Shown piece by piece: positions 8,825 to 16,937 of a stretch of 64,000 nucleotides of DNA. Within the stretch, counting starts at the first letter, position 1. The number at the start of each line of letters is the position of its first letter. The notes under the pieces were generated by a model. That model searched no databases and had not been told where the DNA came from. It saw nothing but the letters and a program-made list of their open reading frames with translations. This DNA is from Candidatus Enterousia sp. (GTDB taxonomy: Bacteria > Pseudomonadota > Alphaproteobacteria > Rs-D84): contig JAZSDC010000032.1 in assembly GCA_045530935.1 (NCBI GenBank), positions 1,223 to 65,222 on the forward strand, written 5' to 3'. Made by a program: the position numbers and the translations under genes.

Positions 8825-10546
8825 ATGAAAAGTAAATCTAGTGTGGCTACATGGGTTGTTTCTAGGATGTTGATGGCGGCGGGTGTTGTTGCGGTTGCTG
8901 CGTGTGCGCGTTCTGGTGGTGATGTGTTGGAATATTCGGCTAATAAAGCAACGCCAATGGTTGATTATGTGGAATCGTTGGATGTTTATTCTGCACCACA
9001 TAAAGATTCTTTCTTGAATCAATTGGCAATGAATTATCGTTCTTATGCGATATATAATGCACGTACAAGTGGTTTTTCAGATATGGGTGAATTGTTCGCG
9101 AACAAGGCTGTTGCGGCATTTAGTGGTGATGCGCCATATCCGGAAACGTTGGATAATTGGCCAATTGCAGATGAACAGACAGAGTTTGAGTTAGGAACCG
9201 CGTATAACGAGTTGGTTGACCAATTGAAGAATGATGCAATTCATACAAATCCAGAATTGGCGGCAGAAGCACAGGCAAAGTTTGATTGTTGGTTGTCTGC
9301 AACAGCCAGTGGGCAATCTGCAACTGCAGCACAATGTCGTGATCGTTTTGAGAAGACCATTGTTGCGTTGCGTGATTGTGAAAATGGACAAATTGTAAAA
9401 AAAGCAGCGCCAGAGGTTGAAGTCACAGAAACAGTTGTTAGCGAAGAAACTGTTGTCGAGGAGTTTACATCGCCCACAGGTGCAGAAACTGCAGTCGTAA
9501 AAACAGATGTTAAACGTAGGGAATATTATCCAGAAACTCGTAAATTAAATACGTTGTCCAAATCTGGCAAACCGCGCGAAGGGGTTATTATTGTTAATAA
9601 CGTTAATGTGCCAGAACATCTGATTAATCCAGAACCTGTTCAGCCAGTGGTATTTAACCAGAATATTTATGGTGGGGATAAATCTATAACCAAAAGTGCA
9701 GCTGATAACAGTGTAAGAAACAGTAATAATAATTTTAAGTCAACCATGGATTGTCCGGCAGGACAAAAGGAATGTCCACAGGTGCAACCTGTTATAATCA
9801 AAGAATCTGCATCACAACAGCAACAGGCGCCGACGGTTGCGGTGTTTGTGTCAGAAAAAGAACAAGCGCCATGCCCAGTTTGTCAGGCGTGCCAGGAAGC
9901 AGAAGATCCGGAATGTCCTGAATGTCAGGAATGTCAGAAGTGTCAAGAATGCCCAGATTGTCAACCAGAAGTTATTCCAGTAATTTCTGATGAAATGGTG
10001 ACACGTGATGAATTTATAAATATGATGATGGCAATGCGCGAGGAGTTGTTGGCGATTAATGAGCGCTTGGATCAAATTCAGGTCGCACAAGGTGAAAAGA
10101 CTATGATTAAAGTTCAACAGATTCCATTGGAACCAAAGCAACATGTTATGGAGGAGGTTCTGGAGGTGCGTTTTGACTTTAACAAGGCAGTAATTAAGCC
10201 AGAATATCAAGATTTGATTAAGAAATTGGCTACTGCGACCCAGGAAAATAAGAATATTAAGGTTTCTGTTGTTGGTCATACGGATACAGTTGGTACAGGA
10301 AATTATAACTATGCCCTGGGTGGTCGTCGTGCCGAGGCGGTTCAAAAGATGTTGATTGATTATGGTATTCCTGCCAGTCAAATTGTTGCAGTGTCTGCGG
10401 GTGAAGAAGGGCTGGCGGTGCCAACGCCTGATAATACGCCAAATGCAGATAATCGTCGTGTAAGGGTTGTTAAAGAGGTTCATTATACAGAACAGTCAAA
10501 ACCTGCGCCGATGGCGATAGAGGTTCAGGAAACTGTTATTGAATAA
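8825..10546 (+). CDS. OmpA-family lipoprotein with a long N-terminal region and a CxxC-rich linker
   Basis: Lipobox VAAC. C-terminal OmpA_C motifs (VVGHTDTVGTGNYNYALGGRRAEAV, NRRVRV). CPVCQACQEAEDPECPECQECQKCQECPDCQ at residues 350-379. Confidence 0.9.
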   Translation: MKSKSSVATWVVSRMLMAAGVVAVAACARSGGDVLEYSANKATPMVDYVESLDVYSAPHKDSFLNQLAMNYRSYAIYNARTSGFSDMGELFANKAVAAFSGDAPYPETLDNWPIADEQTEFELGTAYNELVDQLKNDAIHTNPELAAEAQAKFDCWLSATASGQSATAAQCRDRFEKTIVALRDCENGQIVKKAAPEVEVTETVVSEETVVEEFTSPTGAETAVVKTDVKRREYYPETRKLNTLSKSGKPREGVIIVNNVNVPEHLINPEPVQPVVFNQNIYGGDKSITKSAADNSVRNSNNNFKSTMDCPAGQKECPQVQPVIIKESASQQQQAPTVAVFVSEKEQAPCPVCQACQEAEDPECPECQECQKCQECPDCQPEVIPVISDEMVTRDEFINMMMAMREELLAINERLDQIQVAQGEKTMIKVQQIPLEPKQHVMEEVLEVRFDFNKAVIKPEYQDLIKKLATATQENKNIKVSVVGHTDTVGTGNYNYALGGRRAEAVQKMLIDYGIPASQIVAVSAGEEGLAVPTPDNTPNADNRRVRVVKEVHYTEQSKPAPMAIEVQETVIE

Positions 10547-10589
10547 TGTGTAATGGTTTTTTGTTCGGTGTTTGTATGTTATAAAATAC

Positions 10590-10618
10590 TTGACAAAAAG
10601 TTTTTTGTAGTGTATGTT
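10590..10618 (+). promoter_or_regulatory. sigma70-type promoter for the 51-aa ORF
   Basis: TTGACA, 17-nt spacer, TATGTT. Confidence 0.55.
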
Positions 10619-10658
10619 GACGCCGTCAGAGAGATGTTTTTGAAAAAGGGCATTTGAA

Positions 10659-10814
10659 ATGACTAATAATTTGGAAAATTTTGGTGTTGCGGTAGATTCT
10701 ATGGAAAAAGGCACGCGTGCAAATACTTTGAAACGTGGTGCGGAAGTGTTGAATTTGCGAAAAATTTTTGAAACACGTGGTATCTTTGTTCGAGAAACAG
10801 GTGAACAACACTAG
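10659..10814 (+). CDS. small protein, 51 aa (below the ORF-track cutoff), unknown function
   Basis: ATG preceded by AAAAAGGG at 8 nt. Translates MTNNLENFGVAVDSMEKGTRANTLKRGAEVLNLRKIFETRGIFVRETGEQH. It has its own promoter-like site and a terminator 10 nt after the stop. Confidence 0.55.
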   Translation: MTNNLENFGVAVDSMEKGTRANTLKRGAEVLNLRKIFETRGIFVRETGEQH

Positions 10815-10852
10815 AAAAAAATAAACCTGCATTTTGTGCAGGTTTTTTTATT
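10815..10852. terminator. bidirectional terminator (small ORF / acpS)
   Basis: aaacctgca-tttt-gtgcaggttt with flanking A-run and T-run. Confidence 0.8.
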
Positions 10853-10865
10853 TGTTTTTCTTGTT

Positions 10866-11243
10866 TTATAAGGCTTCAATAACAACCATTGCTGCACAGT
10901 AATCATTTTGATCGGTTATTGACAGGTGGATTTTTGCTTTATCTCCTGCGATTTCTTTTAAAATATTACGTGCGCCGCCTGCGATTAAAATCTCTGGCTG
11001 ACCAAAATCATTATGGATAACGGAAACGTCAGAAAATGCGATGTCTTCGCCGAAACCTGTGCCCAATGCTTTCAGGCATGCTTCACGAGCTGCCCAAAAA
11101 TTTGCAAGGTGACGTTCTGAATTAGCGTTGTCGTTATCGGCGTATTCTAATTCTTTTTTTGTGAATATGCGTTGTTTCTTGAATGCGGACCAGTCCAAAA
11201 AACGGCCACATTCAACTAAATCTATTCCAATCCCTATTATCAC
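10866..11243 (-). CDS. acpS: holo-[acyl-carrier-protein] synthase
   Basis: 125 aa, MIIGIGIDLVECGRF N-terminus and AAREACLKALG motif typical of AcpS. Confidence 0.9.
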   Translation of the reverse strand: MIIGIGIDLVECGRFLDWSAFKKQRIFTKKELEYADNDNANSERHLANFWAAREACLKALGTGFGEDIAFSDVSVIHNDFGQPEILIAGGARNILKEIAGDKAKIHLSITDQNDYCAAMVVIEAL

Positions 11244-11420
11244 GGATAATCTCCCTGGTATTTATGTTGTATATGGCATACTAGACATTTTTTTCCGATT
11301 CGTGCAAGAACAAAATGTATATATCTGTTTGATAATAAATTTGGTAATATTTTCCTGGGTGTTTTTAATAGATTGGTATGATATAATTGTTTTGTTAGCT
11401 TTAAAATAAAGGAGAAAAAA

Positions 11421-11801
11421 ATGAAAAAAATATCATTAGTAGCTTTGATGGGCGCGGTATTTGCATTTAGTGCCAATGCAGAGTTTGTTGAACCACCTGT
11501 ACAAGTTGTAGAGGTCGATGTTGTTGGATTCGTTGATGAAAATGAAACTATTTTAACTGTAGAGCAGGTTGAAGATTTGCGTGATGATACTTTTGTTATT
11601 TTAGAAGGTAATATTGTTAAGTCTTTGGGGGATGAAAAGTATCTGTTCAAAGATTCAACTGGAACAATAGAAGTTGAAATAGATGATGAAGGATGGGGGG
11701 GGCAGTCTGTTGGGCCAAAAGATGTTATAAAAATCTATGGTGATGTCGACAGGGGAATATTTGAAACAGAAATTGATGTAGATAGGATTGTAAAGAAGTA
11801 A
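11421..11801 (+). CDS. ygiW: YgiW/YdeI-family periplasmic OB-fold (BOF) stress protein
   Basis: Signal peptide, then LRDDTFVILEGNIVKSLGDEKYLFKDSTGTIEVEIDD..PKDVIKIYGDVD..EIDV, closely matching E. coli YgiW blocks. Confidence 0.85.
   Translation: MKKISLVALMGAVFAFSANAEFVEPPVQVVEVDVVGFVDENETILTVEQVEDLRDDTFVILEGNIVKSLGDEKYLFKDSTGTIEVEIDDEGWGGQSVGPKDVIKIYGDVDRGIFETEIDVDRIVKK
11695..11702 (+). repeat. G8 homopolymer inside the ygiW-like CDS
   Basis: gga-tgg-ggg-ggg-cag (W-G-G-Q), counted directly. Confidence 0.9.
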
Positions 11802-11830
11802 AAAAACCGCCCATTTGGGCGGTGTTTATT
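11801..11830. terminator. bidirectional terminator (ygiW-like / Cys-peptide)
   Basis: accgccc-attt-gggcggt flanked by A6 and a T-rich tract. Confidence 0.8.
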
Positions 11831-11930
11831 TGTCGCAATTTTTCTTGTCACAATTTTTTTTGTCACATGTGTTGTTGGTTGTGTTAGAGCAGTTTTTACA
11901 TTTTCCGTTTTTATTTTCTGATTTTGACAT
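11826..11930 (-). CDS. 34-aa Lys/Asn/Cys-rich peptide (MSKSENKNGKCKNCSNTTNNTCDKKNCDKKNCDK)
   Basis: ATG with AGGAAA SD 5 nt upstream. Own TTGTCG-18-TATTAT promoter-like site and a shared terminator. The longer 60-aa ORF-track version lacks an SD. Confidence 0.5.
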   Translation of the reverse strand: MSKSENKNGKCKNCSNTTNNTCDKKNCDKKNCDK

Positions 11931-11978
11931 TCTGTTTCCTTTTTTTGTTTTGTTGTTATTATATGTCCGGACGTAAAA

Positions 11979-12008
11979 ATAATACACTACCAGTTGGTGG
12001 TGCGACAA
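11979..12008 (-). promoter_or_regulatory. sigma70-type promoter for the Cys-rich peptide
   Basis: On the minus strand: TTGTCG (12003..12008), 18-nt spacer, TATTAT (11979..11984). Confidence 0.45.
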
Positions 12009-12023
12009 TATGTCTGTTTTCCC

Positions 12024-12056
12024 AAAAAAATAATGGGCTTAAGATTCGCCCATTGT
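12024..12056 (-). terminator. rho-independent terminator of the HTH gene
   Basis: aatgggc-9 nt-gcccatt hairpin followed by T7 on the minus strand, right after the stop at 12063. Confidence 0.75.
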
Positions 12057-12062
12057 TTTTAA

Positions 12063-12311
12063 TTATCGGTCTGCATTTAAATCTACAGAACGAAAGAACC
12101 TTAGAAAGTCATTTAGGTTGCAGCCTGTCGCACTTAGTATTTTGGCGATGCTGCCTGTGGATGGCCAGCGTGGTTGGCCGTATTTTGAATAGCGCTTGGA
12201 TTTATTAAATGTCGTTGGGTCCAGACCACTGTATTTGGCCAGGCCAGAGCAGCTCATATTATGAGCGTTTGCAAAGCTATCTATTGCACTCCATACGTCG
12301 TTATGTGTCAT
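12063..12311 (-). CDS. stand-alone HTH DNA-binding protein, equivalent to the N-terminal domain of S24/LexA-like phage-type repressors
   Basis: 82 aa. WSAIDSFANAHNMSCSGLAKYSGLDPTTFNKSKR..RWPSTGSIAKIL matches the N-terminus of alphaproteobacterial S24-peptidase repressors. No peptidase domain follows. Confidence 0.75.
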   Translation of the reverse strand: MTHNDVWSAIDSFANAHNMSCSGLAKYSGLDPTTFNKSKRYSKYGQPRWPSTGSIAKILSATGCNLNDFLRFFRSVDLNADR

Positions 12312-12589
12312 TTGTTTTTCTCCTTTGGTTTTATTAGTTTGTTTGTTGTTGCTGTTGTATTATAAAATATGTTTTTACTAATCTTTTAATGCTGTTTTTG
12401 TTGTGTGACTGTATAGAAATAGGCAGGTAATCGTATGAAAGGCTTGGATTCCTGGGGAAATAGCCTTGAAAAACGTCTTGAAATAAGTTTTTTTTCTTAC
12501 GATTTTGGGGATTTGTTCCTAGGTTTTTAGCTTGAATTTTGGTGTTTTTTCCTAAAAAAATAGGTATTATGTATAAAAAGGGGTTGGAA

Positions 12590-13486
12590 ATGGCAACGAT
12601 AAAAACAAAAGTGGCATTGTTCAGAGAACTGTTAGCGCTGAAAGAGGTTATTGATGTTGGGCAAATTCAGGCTGCGGCAGAACGTAATGGTATAAAGCAT
12701 TCTAATTTGTCAAAGATGATTGCGGATTTAGAGGCCAAGTTTAAAACATCTTTGCTGATACGTAGTTCGGCAGGCAGCGTGCCAACAAATACAACGCGTC
12801 AATTGTATTCTGATATAGAGGTTATCTCAGAAGCGCTGGATAATTTGTTGCAAAATTTAACGGCGCCAGAAGAGCTAACGGGCTTTTTATCTGTCTGGAC
12901 AGAAGAGGGGTTTGCCAGTTGCGGAATGTTGACTGAATTGTCCAAGTTTTATGCAAAATATCCAAAGCTGCGTTTAGATATTCTGACGAATTGTCATATG
13001 AATATGTTTAGTCCTGATGTTACAATAATTGATGCACGAAATATCAGTAAAATTCCAGGCAAAGCATTGTTTAAATTTAGAACCAAGGCAAAGTTTTACA
13101 GTACGCCAAAGTATATGTATAAACGCGGCGCGCCAAAAGATATGGATGATATGTTGGAAAATTATGATTTATGTATTCGTCAGAAGTTTTTGCAATATCC
13201 AGAATTTAATTTTTTGTTAAAGCGGGCAAAAAAATTAAATACAACGGCTGATTCTGCATCAATTATTTATCAGTTGGTGGCTGATGGTGCGGGGATTGCG
13301 TTAATGCCGGAATGGTGCGGTAATAAGGGGTTGGTAGAGGTGCCGAATATAGACTTTGATTATGAGTATATTTTGACATGCTTTGGTAATCCGTTAAAGA
13401 TTAAAAGTGCCAAGGTTCAGGCGTTTTTAGAATTCTTTTATGAATTTTGTAGTGAACATGGTATTCAATTGCAAATGTTTGAATAA
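12590..13486 (+). CDS. LysR-family transcriptional regulator
   Basis: N-terminal HTH (IQAAAERNGIKHSNLSKMIADLE) plus a LysR substrate-binding region. I prefer the ATG at 12590 (GGGG SD upstream) over the 12539 extension. Confidence 0.8.
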   Translation: MATIKTKVALFRELLALKEVIDVGQIQAAAERNGIKHSNLSKMIADLEAKFKTSLLIRSSAGSVPTNTTRQLYSDIEVISEALDNLLQNLTAPEELTGFLSVWTEEGFASCGMLTELSKFYAKYPKLRLDILTNCHMNMFSPDVTIIDARNISKIPGKALFKFRTKAKFYSTPKYMYKRGAPKDMDDMLENYDLCIRQKFLQYPEFNFLLKRAKKLNTTADSASIIYQLVADGAGIALMPEWCGNKGLVEVPNIDFDYEYILTCFGNPLKIKSAKVQAFLEFFYEFCSEHGIQLQMFE

Positions 13487-13534
13487 AAAAACATTGTAAT
13501 TTTTATTTGGGTGGGTTAATATCGGTGTGTTGTT

Positions 13535-13611
13535 CGGGGTGTAGCTCAGCCTGGTAGAGTACTTGCATGGGGTGCAAGGGGTCGCAGGTTCGAATCCTGT
13601 CACCCCGACCA
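13535..13611 (+). tRNA. tRNA-Pro (anticodon GGG)
   Basis: 77-nt cloverleaf. Acceptor CGGGGTG/CACCCCG, anticodon loop ATGGGGT, T-loop GTTCGAA, encoded CCA. Confidence 0.95.
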
Positions 13612-13617
13612 TAAAAA

Positions 13618-13648
13618 TATAAATCGGCATTTCGCCGATTTTATTTTA
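13618..13648. terminator. bidirectional terminator
   Basis: aaatcggc-atttc-gccgattt plus a T-rich tract, between tRNA-Pro and a convergent CDS. Confidence 0.75.
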
Positions 13649-14584
13649 TTCGCGTTCAGCTGTGGGTGCTGATATTGTGTTGTTGTTTTGTTTTTGTGGT
13701 TGATAATGGTTCTGGCATATGTTGTGTCTGCCTATGTATACGCGCATTTTTGATAAATCTATGCCGTATTCGTTTGATAGTTTTAGTAATAATTCATAAG
13801 TCTTGTTTGATGCGTCGCCTGAATACGCAGGGTCTTTGTGTGTAAATCTGGTGTCTTGTTTCCCAAGTAGATAGGCCATCATGCCAGTGGCATAATCGGG
13901 ATCTGCACTTGCGTGCGCGCGTGAAAAGTCGTGCGCCCATGTCGCAAGTTGTATAACTTTTTCTAACCACTCTTTTGGGCTGTCTGGATTATCTGGGCAT
14001 AGGTGTTCTATGCACATATTGAATATGTAGTCTGTAAATATTCTGGTTAATTCAATTTGTTGTATGGCACGTGTGTATTTTTCTGTGATTTGTTGTGCTT
14101 CGGTATCACAACCAATAAAGAGTTTAAGCTTGTCTTTTAGTAGCGTCATAGGCTTCTTGGTGTTGCCAGACATGGTGGTCATGGCCAGACGTCCCGCTAT
14201 TAATTCTGGACCGTCAATTTTTATTCGGGGGGCGATGTTTTTTAGCTTGTCGGATAGATCGTGCATACCAAATTCTTGTGATAAAGGTATACAAAAGTAT
14301 TGTATTATGACATACAGTAAATTATATCTGTCATAAATGTTTATTTCGGTTGGGGTGTTCGATTGGGGTAGTTTTGATAACTCGTATTTAAATTTTGATA
14401 TTATGGTTTGTATATGTTCTGGACTGATTATGGTTGATGCGGTTGGTGCAGAATGCATTGATTCTAGCTGTCTTATTTTTGTTTGCATGGCTGCTTTTTC
14501 TTGTTCTGCTGCGTGCAATTTAGCAGTTAATTCTGCAATTTGTGCTTCGTAATCAATTGTTTGTTTTTTGTTGAATATACCCAT
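13646..14584 (-). CDS. hypothetical protein with an N-terminal coiled coil
   Basis: 312-aa ORF with coding-like composition. No recognisable motif. Confidence 0.7.
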   Translation of the reverse strand: MGIFNKKQTIDYEAQIAELTAKLHAAEQEKAAMQTKIRQLESMHSAPTASTIISPEHIQTIISKFKYELSKLPQSNTPTEINIYDRYNLLYVIIQYFCIPLSQEFGMHDLSDKLKNIAPRIKIDGPELIAGRLAMTTMSGNTKKPMTLLKDKLKLFIGCDTEAQQITEKYTRAIQQIELTRIFTDYIFNMCIEHLCPDNPDSPKEWLEKVIQLATWAHDFSRAHASADPDYATGMMAYLLGKQDTRFTHKDPAYSGDASNKTYELLLKLSNEYGIDLSKMRVYIGRHNICQNHYQPQKQNNNTISAPTAERE

Positions 14585-14736
14585 TATGTTTCCCTTTTTT
14601 GATTTATTATAATAAGTTTAGCACAAAAAATATTGTTGTACAGTTTTTTGTATTAAGTGGACTTGACTGTAGATTGTTTTGTGTTGTTTTTTGTGGTATA
14701 TTTTTTACAATTGTTATCACAGCTGTTTAAACGTCG

Positions 14737-15180
14737 TTAATTTTGTTCTGTATGGGTTGCGCAATTTGTGCGTATCAGGTCATCAATGTGTATTCCCATG
14801 GCGTATGCGCGTGCGTCTGGAACTGCGCATGGGTCACAGTCACGTCTGATTTGGCCGACATTACAAACGAACGCTACGTCTTGGCATATTCCATATGTGC
14901 GGGTTTTAATCGGTTGGTTTAGATATTCGATGGCAATATTCCAGTATTTTTCAGGAACGGATTTTGGGTTAAATGCCCACATTTGACCGACGGTATTGGT
15001 TATGCGTTGAATGCATGGCGGTGTGTTCTTATCTGTGGGGATGTCTTTGTTTTTTTTGGTGTTATGGTTCGTTATCGTTATCCACGCAATAATGGATGTG
15101 CAAAGAAGAATAACGATGACCAACAGAATATAGTGCGCAATTGTAAATGGGGTGGTATTTTGTTTAAATGTTTTTTTCAT
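14737..15180 (-). CDS. membrane-anchored periplasmic Cys-containing protein
   Basis: ATG at 15180 with AGGAA SD. One N-terminal TM helix (IAHYILLVIVILLCTSIIAWITI) and 7 Cys in the C-terminal part. Confidence 0.65.
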   Translation of the reverse strand: MKKTFKQNTTPFTIAHYILLVIVILLCTSIIAWITITNHNTKKNKDIPTDKNTPPCIQRITNTVGQMWAFNPKSVPEKYWNIAIEYLNQPIKTRTYGICQDVAFVCNVGQIRRDCDPCAVPDARAYAMGIHIDDLIRTNCATHTEQN

Positions 15181-15310
15181 GATTGTTCCTGTTTGTTTGA
15201 ATTTTAGCACCTGGTGTGTGAAAAAAATATGGTTTTGTATTCCCATAATTAATTGATTTTTTTAAAATATTAATTTAGACTGTAGAACAATCTAATCAAA
15301 GGAGGATGCC

Positions 15311-16195
15311 GTGTTTGTAACTGAAAAATTAAAGACATTCTCGTGGGTTAATGTCGGTAACCCTGATCATGAAGATTTTGAAAAATTACAGACAGAATAC
15401 AAGATTGATGAAGATACAATATCTGATATTCTGGACCCGGATGAGCAGCCACGCCTGGAAATAGAAGATGATTACAAGGTTATTATTGTTCGTTTCCCAA
15501 TTATTAATCGCGAATCGGATACACTGTGGCATACAGAGCCGCTGTCCATCATTTATTCTTCCAGTCGTGTTATTACCGTTTGCCGCAAGCGTTGTGATTT
15601 ATTAGATAGAATAAAAAAGTCTGAAAAGACATCGCGAGAAGAATTTATTTTGAACATTATTTACTATATCGCCGAATCGTATCTGCGTATGTTGAAGGAA
15701 TTGAATAAACGTGTTTTGGCGTCAAAGCGTGTGTTGTTGGAACGAATTCGTAAAAAAGAATTGATGGATTTGTTAGAAGTTGAAAATAGCTATACATTGT
15801 ATATGGCGGGAATTCGTGGTAATGTTGCGGTGCTGGATAAACTAGAAAAAGTTCGTGGTTTTGTTAAAACCGATGATGCTAAGGAATTGGCCGAAGATGC
15901 GCGAATCGAATTAGCGCAGGCGACAGAGGTGGTAACATCGTACAGTAAGATGCTGAAATCAATCAAGGAAACATTCGAAAGTGTTATTAATATGGATTCT
16001 AATACGAATATTAATCGTTTGACAATGTGGAATATTATTTTGGTTGTGCCGACTGTGATTGTTGGCTATTTCGGAATGAATGTAAGATTGCCTTTTGCAG
16101 AATATCAGCAGGTCGCAACAGCTATATTTATCTTCATAATGGTTTTGTTGTTGGGATTTGCGTTATTTGGTTTTATTCGTCGCAGAATTGTGTGA
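15311..16195 (+). CDS. corA: CorA-family magnesium/cobalt transporter
   Basis: GMN motif (YFGMNVRLPF) followed by the second TM helix. GTG start with GGAGGA SD. Confidence 0.9.
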   Translation: MFVTEKLKTFSWVNVGNPDHEDFEKLQTEYKIDEDTISDILDPDEQPRLEIEDDYKVIIVRFPIINRESDTLWHTEPLSIIYSSSRVITVCRKRCDLLDRIKKSEKTSREEFILNIIYYIAESYLRMLKELNKRVLASKRVLLERIRKKELMDLLEVENSYTLYMAGIRGNVAVLDKLEKVRGFVKTDDAKELAEDARIELAQATEVVTSYSKMLKSIKETFESVINMDSNTNINRLTMWNIILVVPTVIVGYFGMNVRLPFAEYQQVATAIFIFIMVLLLGFALFGFIRRRIV

Positions 16196-16208
16196 TGGCT
16201 TGTATGGT

Positions 16209-16859
16209 ATGAAGCTGGAAACAAGTGGTATTTTGATAGCATTGCGTGCGTTTAGTGAACGTGATTGCGTTGCACAAATATTTACCCATGATTATGGTAT
16301 TTTAACAGGTGTTTTACGTGCGGCGGTTGTTGCTAAAAAAAACAAGCCTTTGGTTGGACAGTATGGTACAGTTGTTTGGAATGCGCGAATTGATACGCAA
16401 CTGGGGACTTTTCATTGGGAGTCGGAAAAAAATCTTGCAGCGTCATTGATGTTTTCTGCGACTGGTTTGTCGTGTATGAATGCAGCGTTTGATATTTTGG
16501 CGACATTGTTGCCAGAACGTGAAGAATACAAGGTTTTATATAAGGCAACATTGGATTTATTAGTTCGGTTGGCTGCCGGTGATGTTGCCCAATATGTAAA
16601 TTGGGAACAGGTATTATTGCGCGAGCTGGGGTATGCGCTGGATTTATCGTGTTGTTCGGGGTGTGGAACGACGGATGATTTACATTATCTGTCTCCACGT
16701 ACAGGGCGGGCTGTTTGTTCTGGGTGTGCGCAGCCATATCTGAATAAATTGTACAGATTGCCGATAGATTCGGATGTAACATTTCGTTTTTTGGAAAGTG
16801 TGTGCGCGCAACATGGTGTGCAGGTGCCAATGTCTAGAAAAATGATAAAATTTGTTTGA
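16209..16859 (+). CDS. recO: DNA repair protein RecO
   Basis: RecO-like N-terminal OB region and CSGCG..CSGC zinc motif. ATG at 16209, just after the corA stop. Confidence 0.85.
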   Translation: MKLETSGILIALRAFSERDCVAQIFTHDYGILTGVLRAAVVAKKNKPLVGQYGTVVWNARIDTQLGTFHWESEKNLAASLMFSATGLSCMNAAFDILATLLPEREEYKVLYKATLDLLVRLAAGDVAQYVNWEQVLLRELGYALDLSCCSGCGTTDDLHYLSPRTGRAVCSGCAQPYLNKLYRLPIDSDVTFRFLESVCAQHGVQVPMSRKMIKFV

Positions 16860-16937
16860 TTTTTGCTACATTTATTCCTTGCGAATTTTTTTATTTTTGC
16901 TATGGTGATTTCAGTTCAACAGAAGAAGGAGAAAATC

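Noticed and set aside
12435-12485. A 16-codon ORF (MKGLDSWGNSLEKRLEI) in the HTH/LysR divergent region as a leader peptide.
   Set aside because: Too short, with a weak SD and no attenuator structure or amino-acid bias that would suggest regulation.
12539-12589. Upstream extensions of several ORF-track models: 12539 LysR, 16158 recO, 16863 dsbA-like, 18092 clpP, 37275 OMP, 44480 clpB, 47210 DUF2147, 50554 Cys-rich, 62342 M23.
   Set aside because: Internal ATGs with SD sequences give N-termini matching family alignments or proper signal peptides. The extensions overlap upstream genes or promoters.
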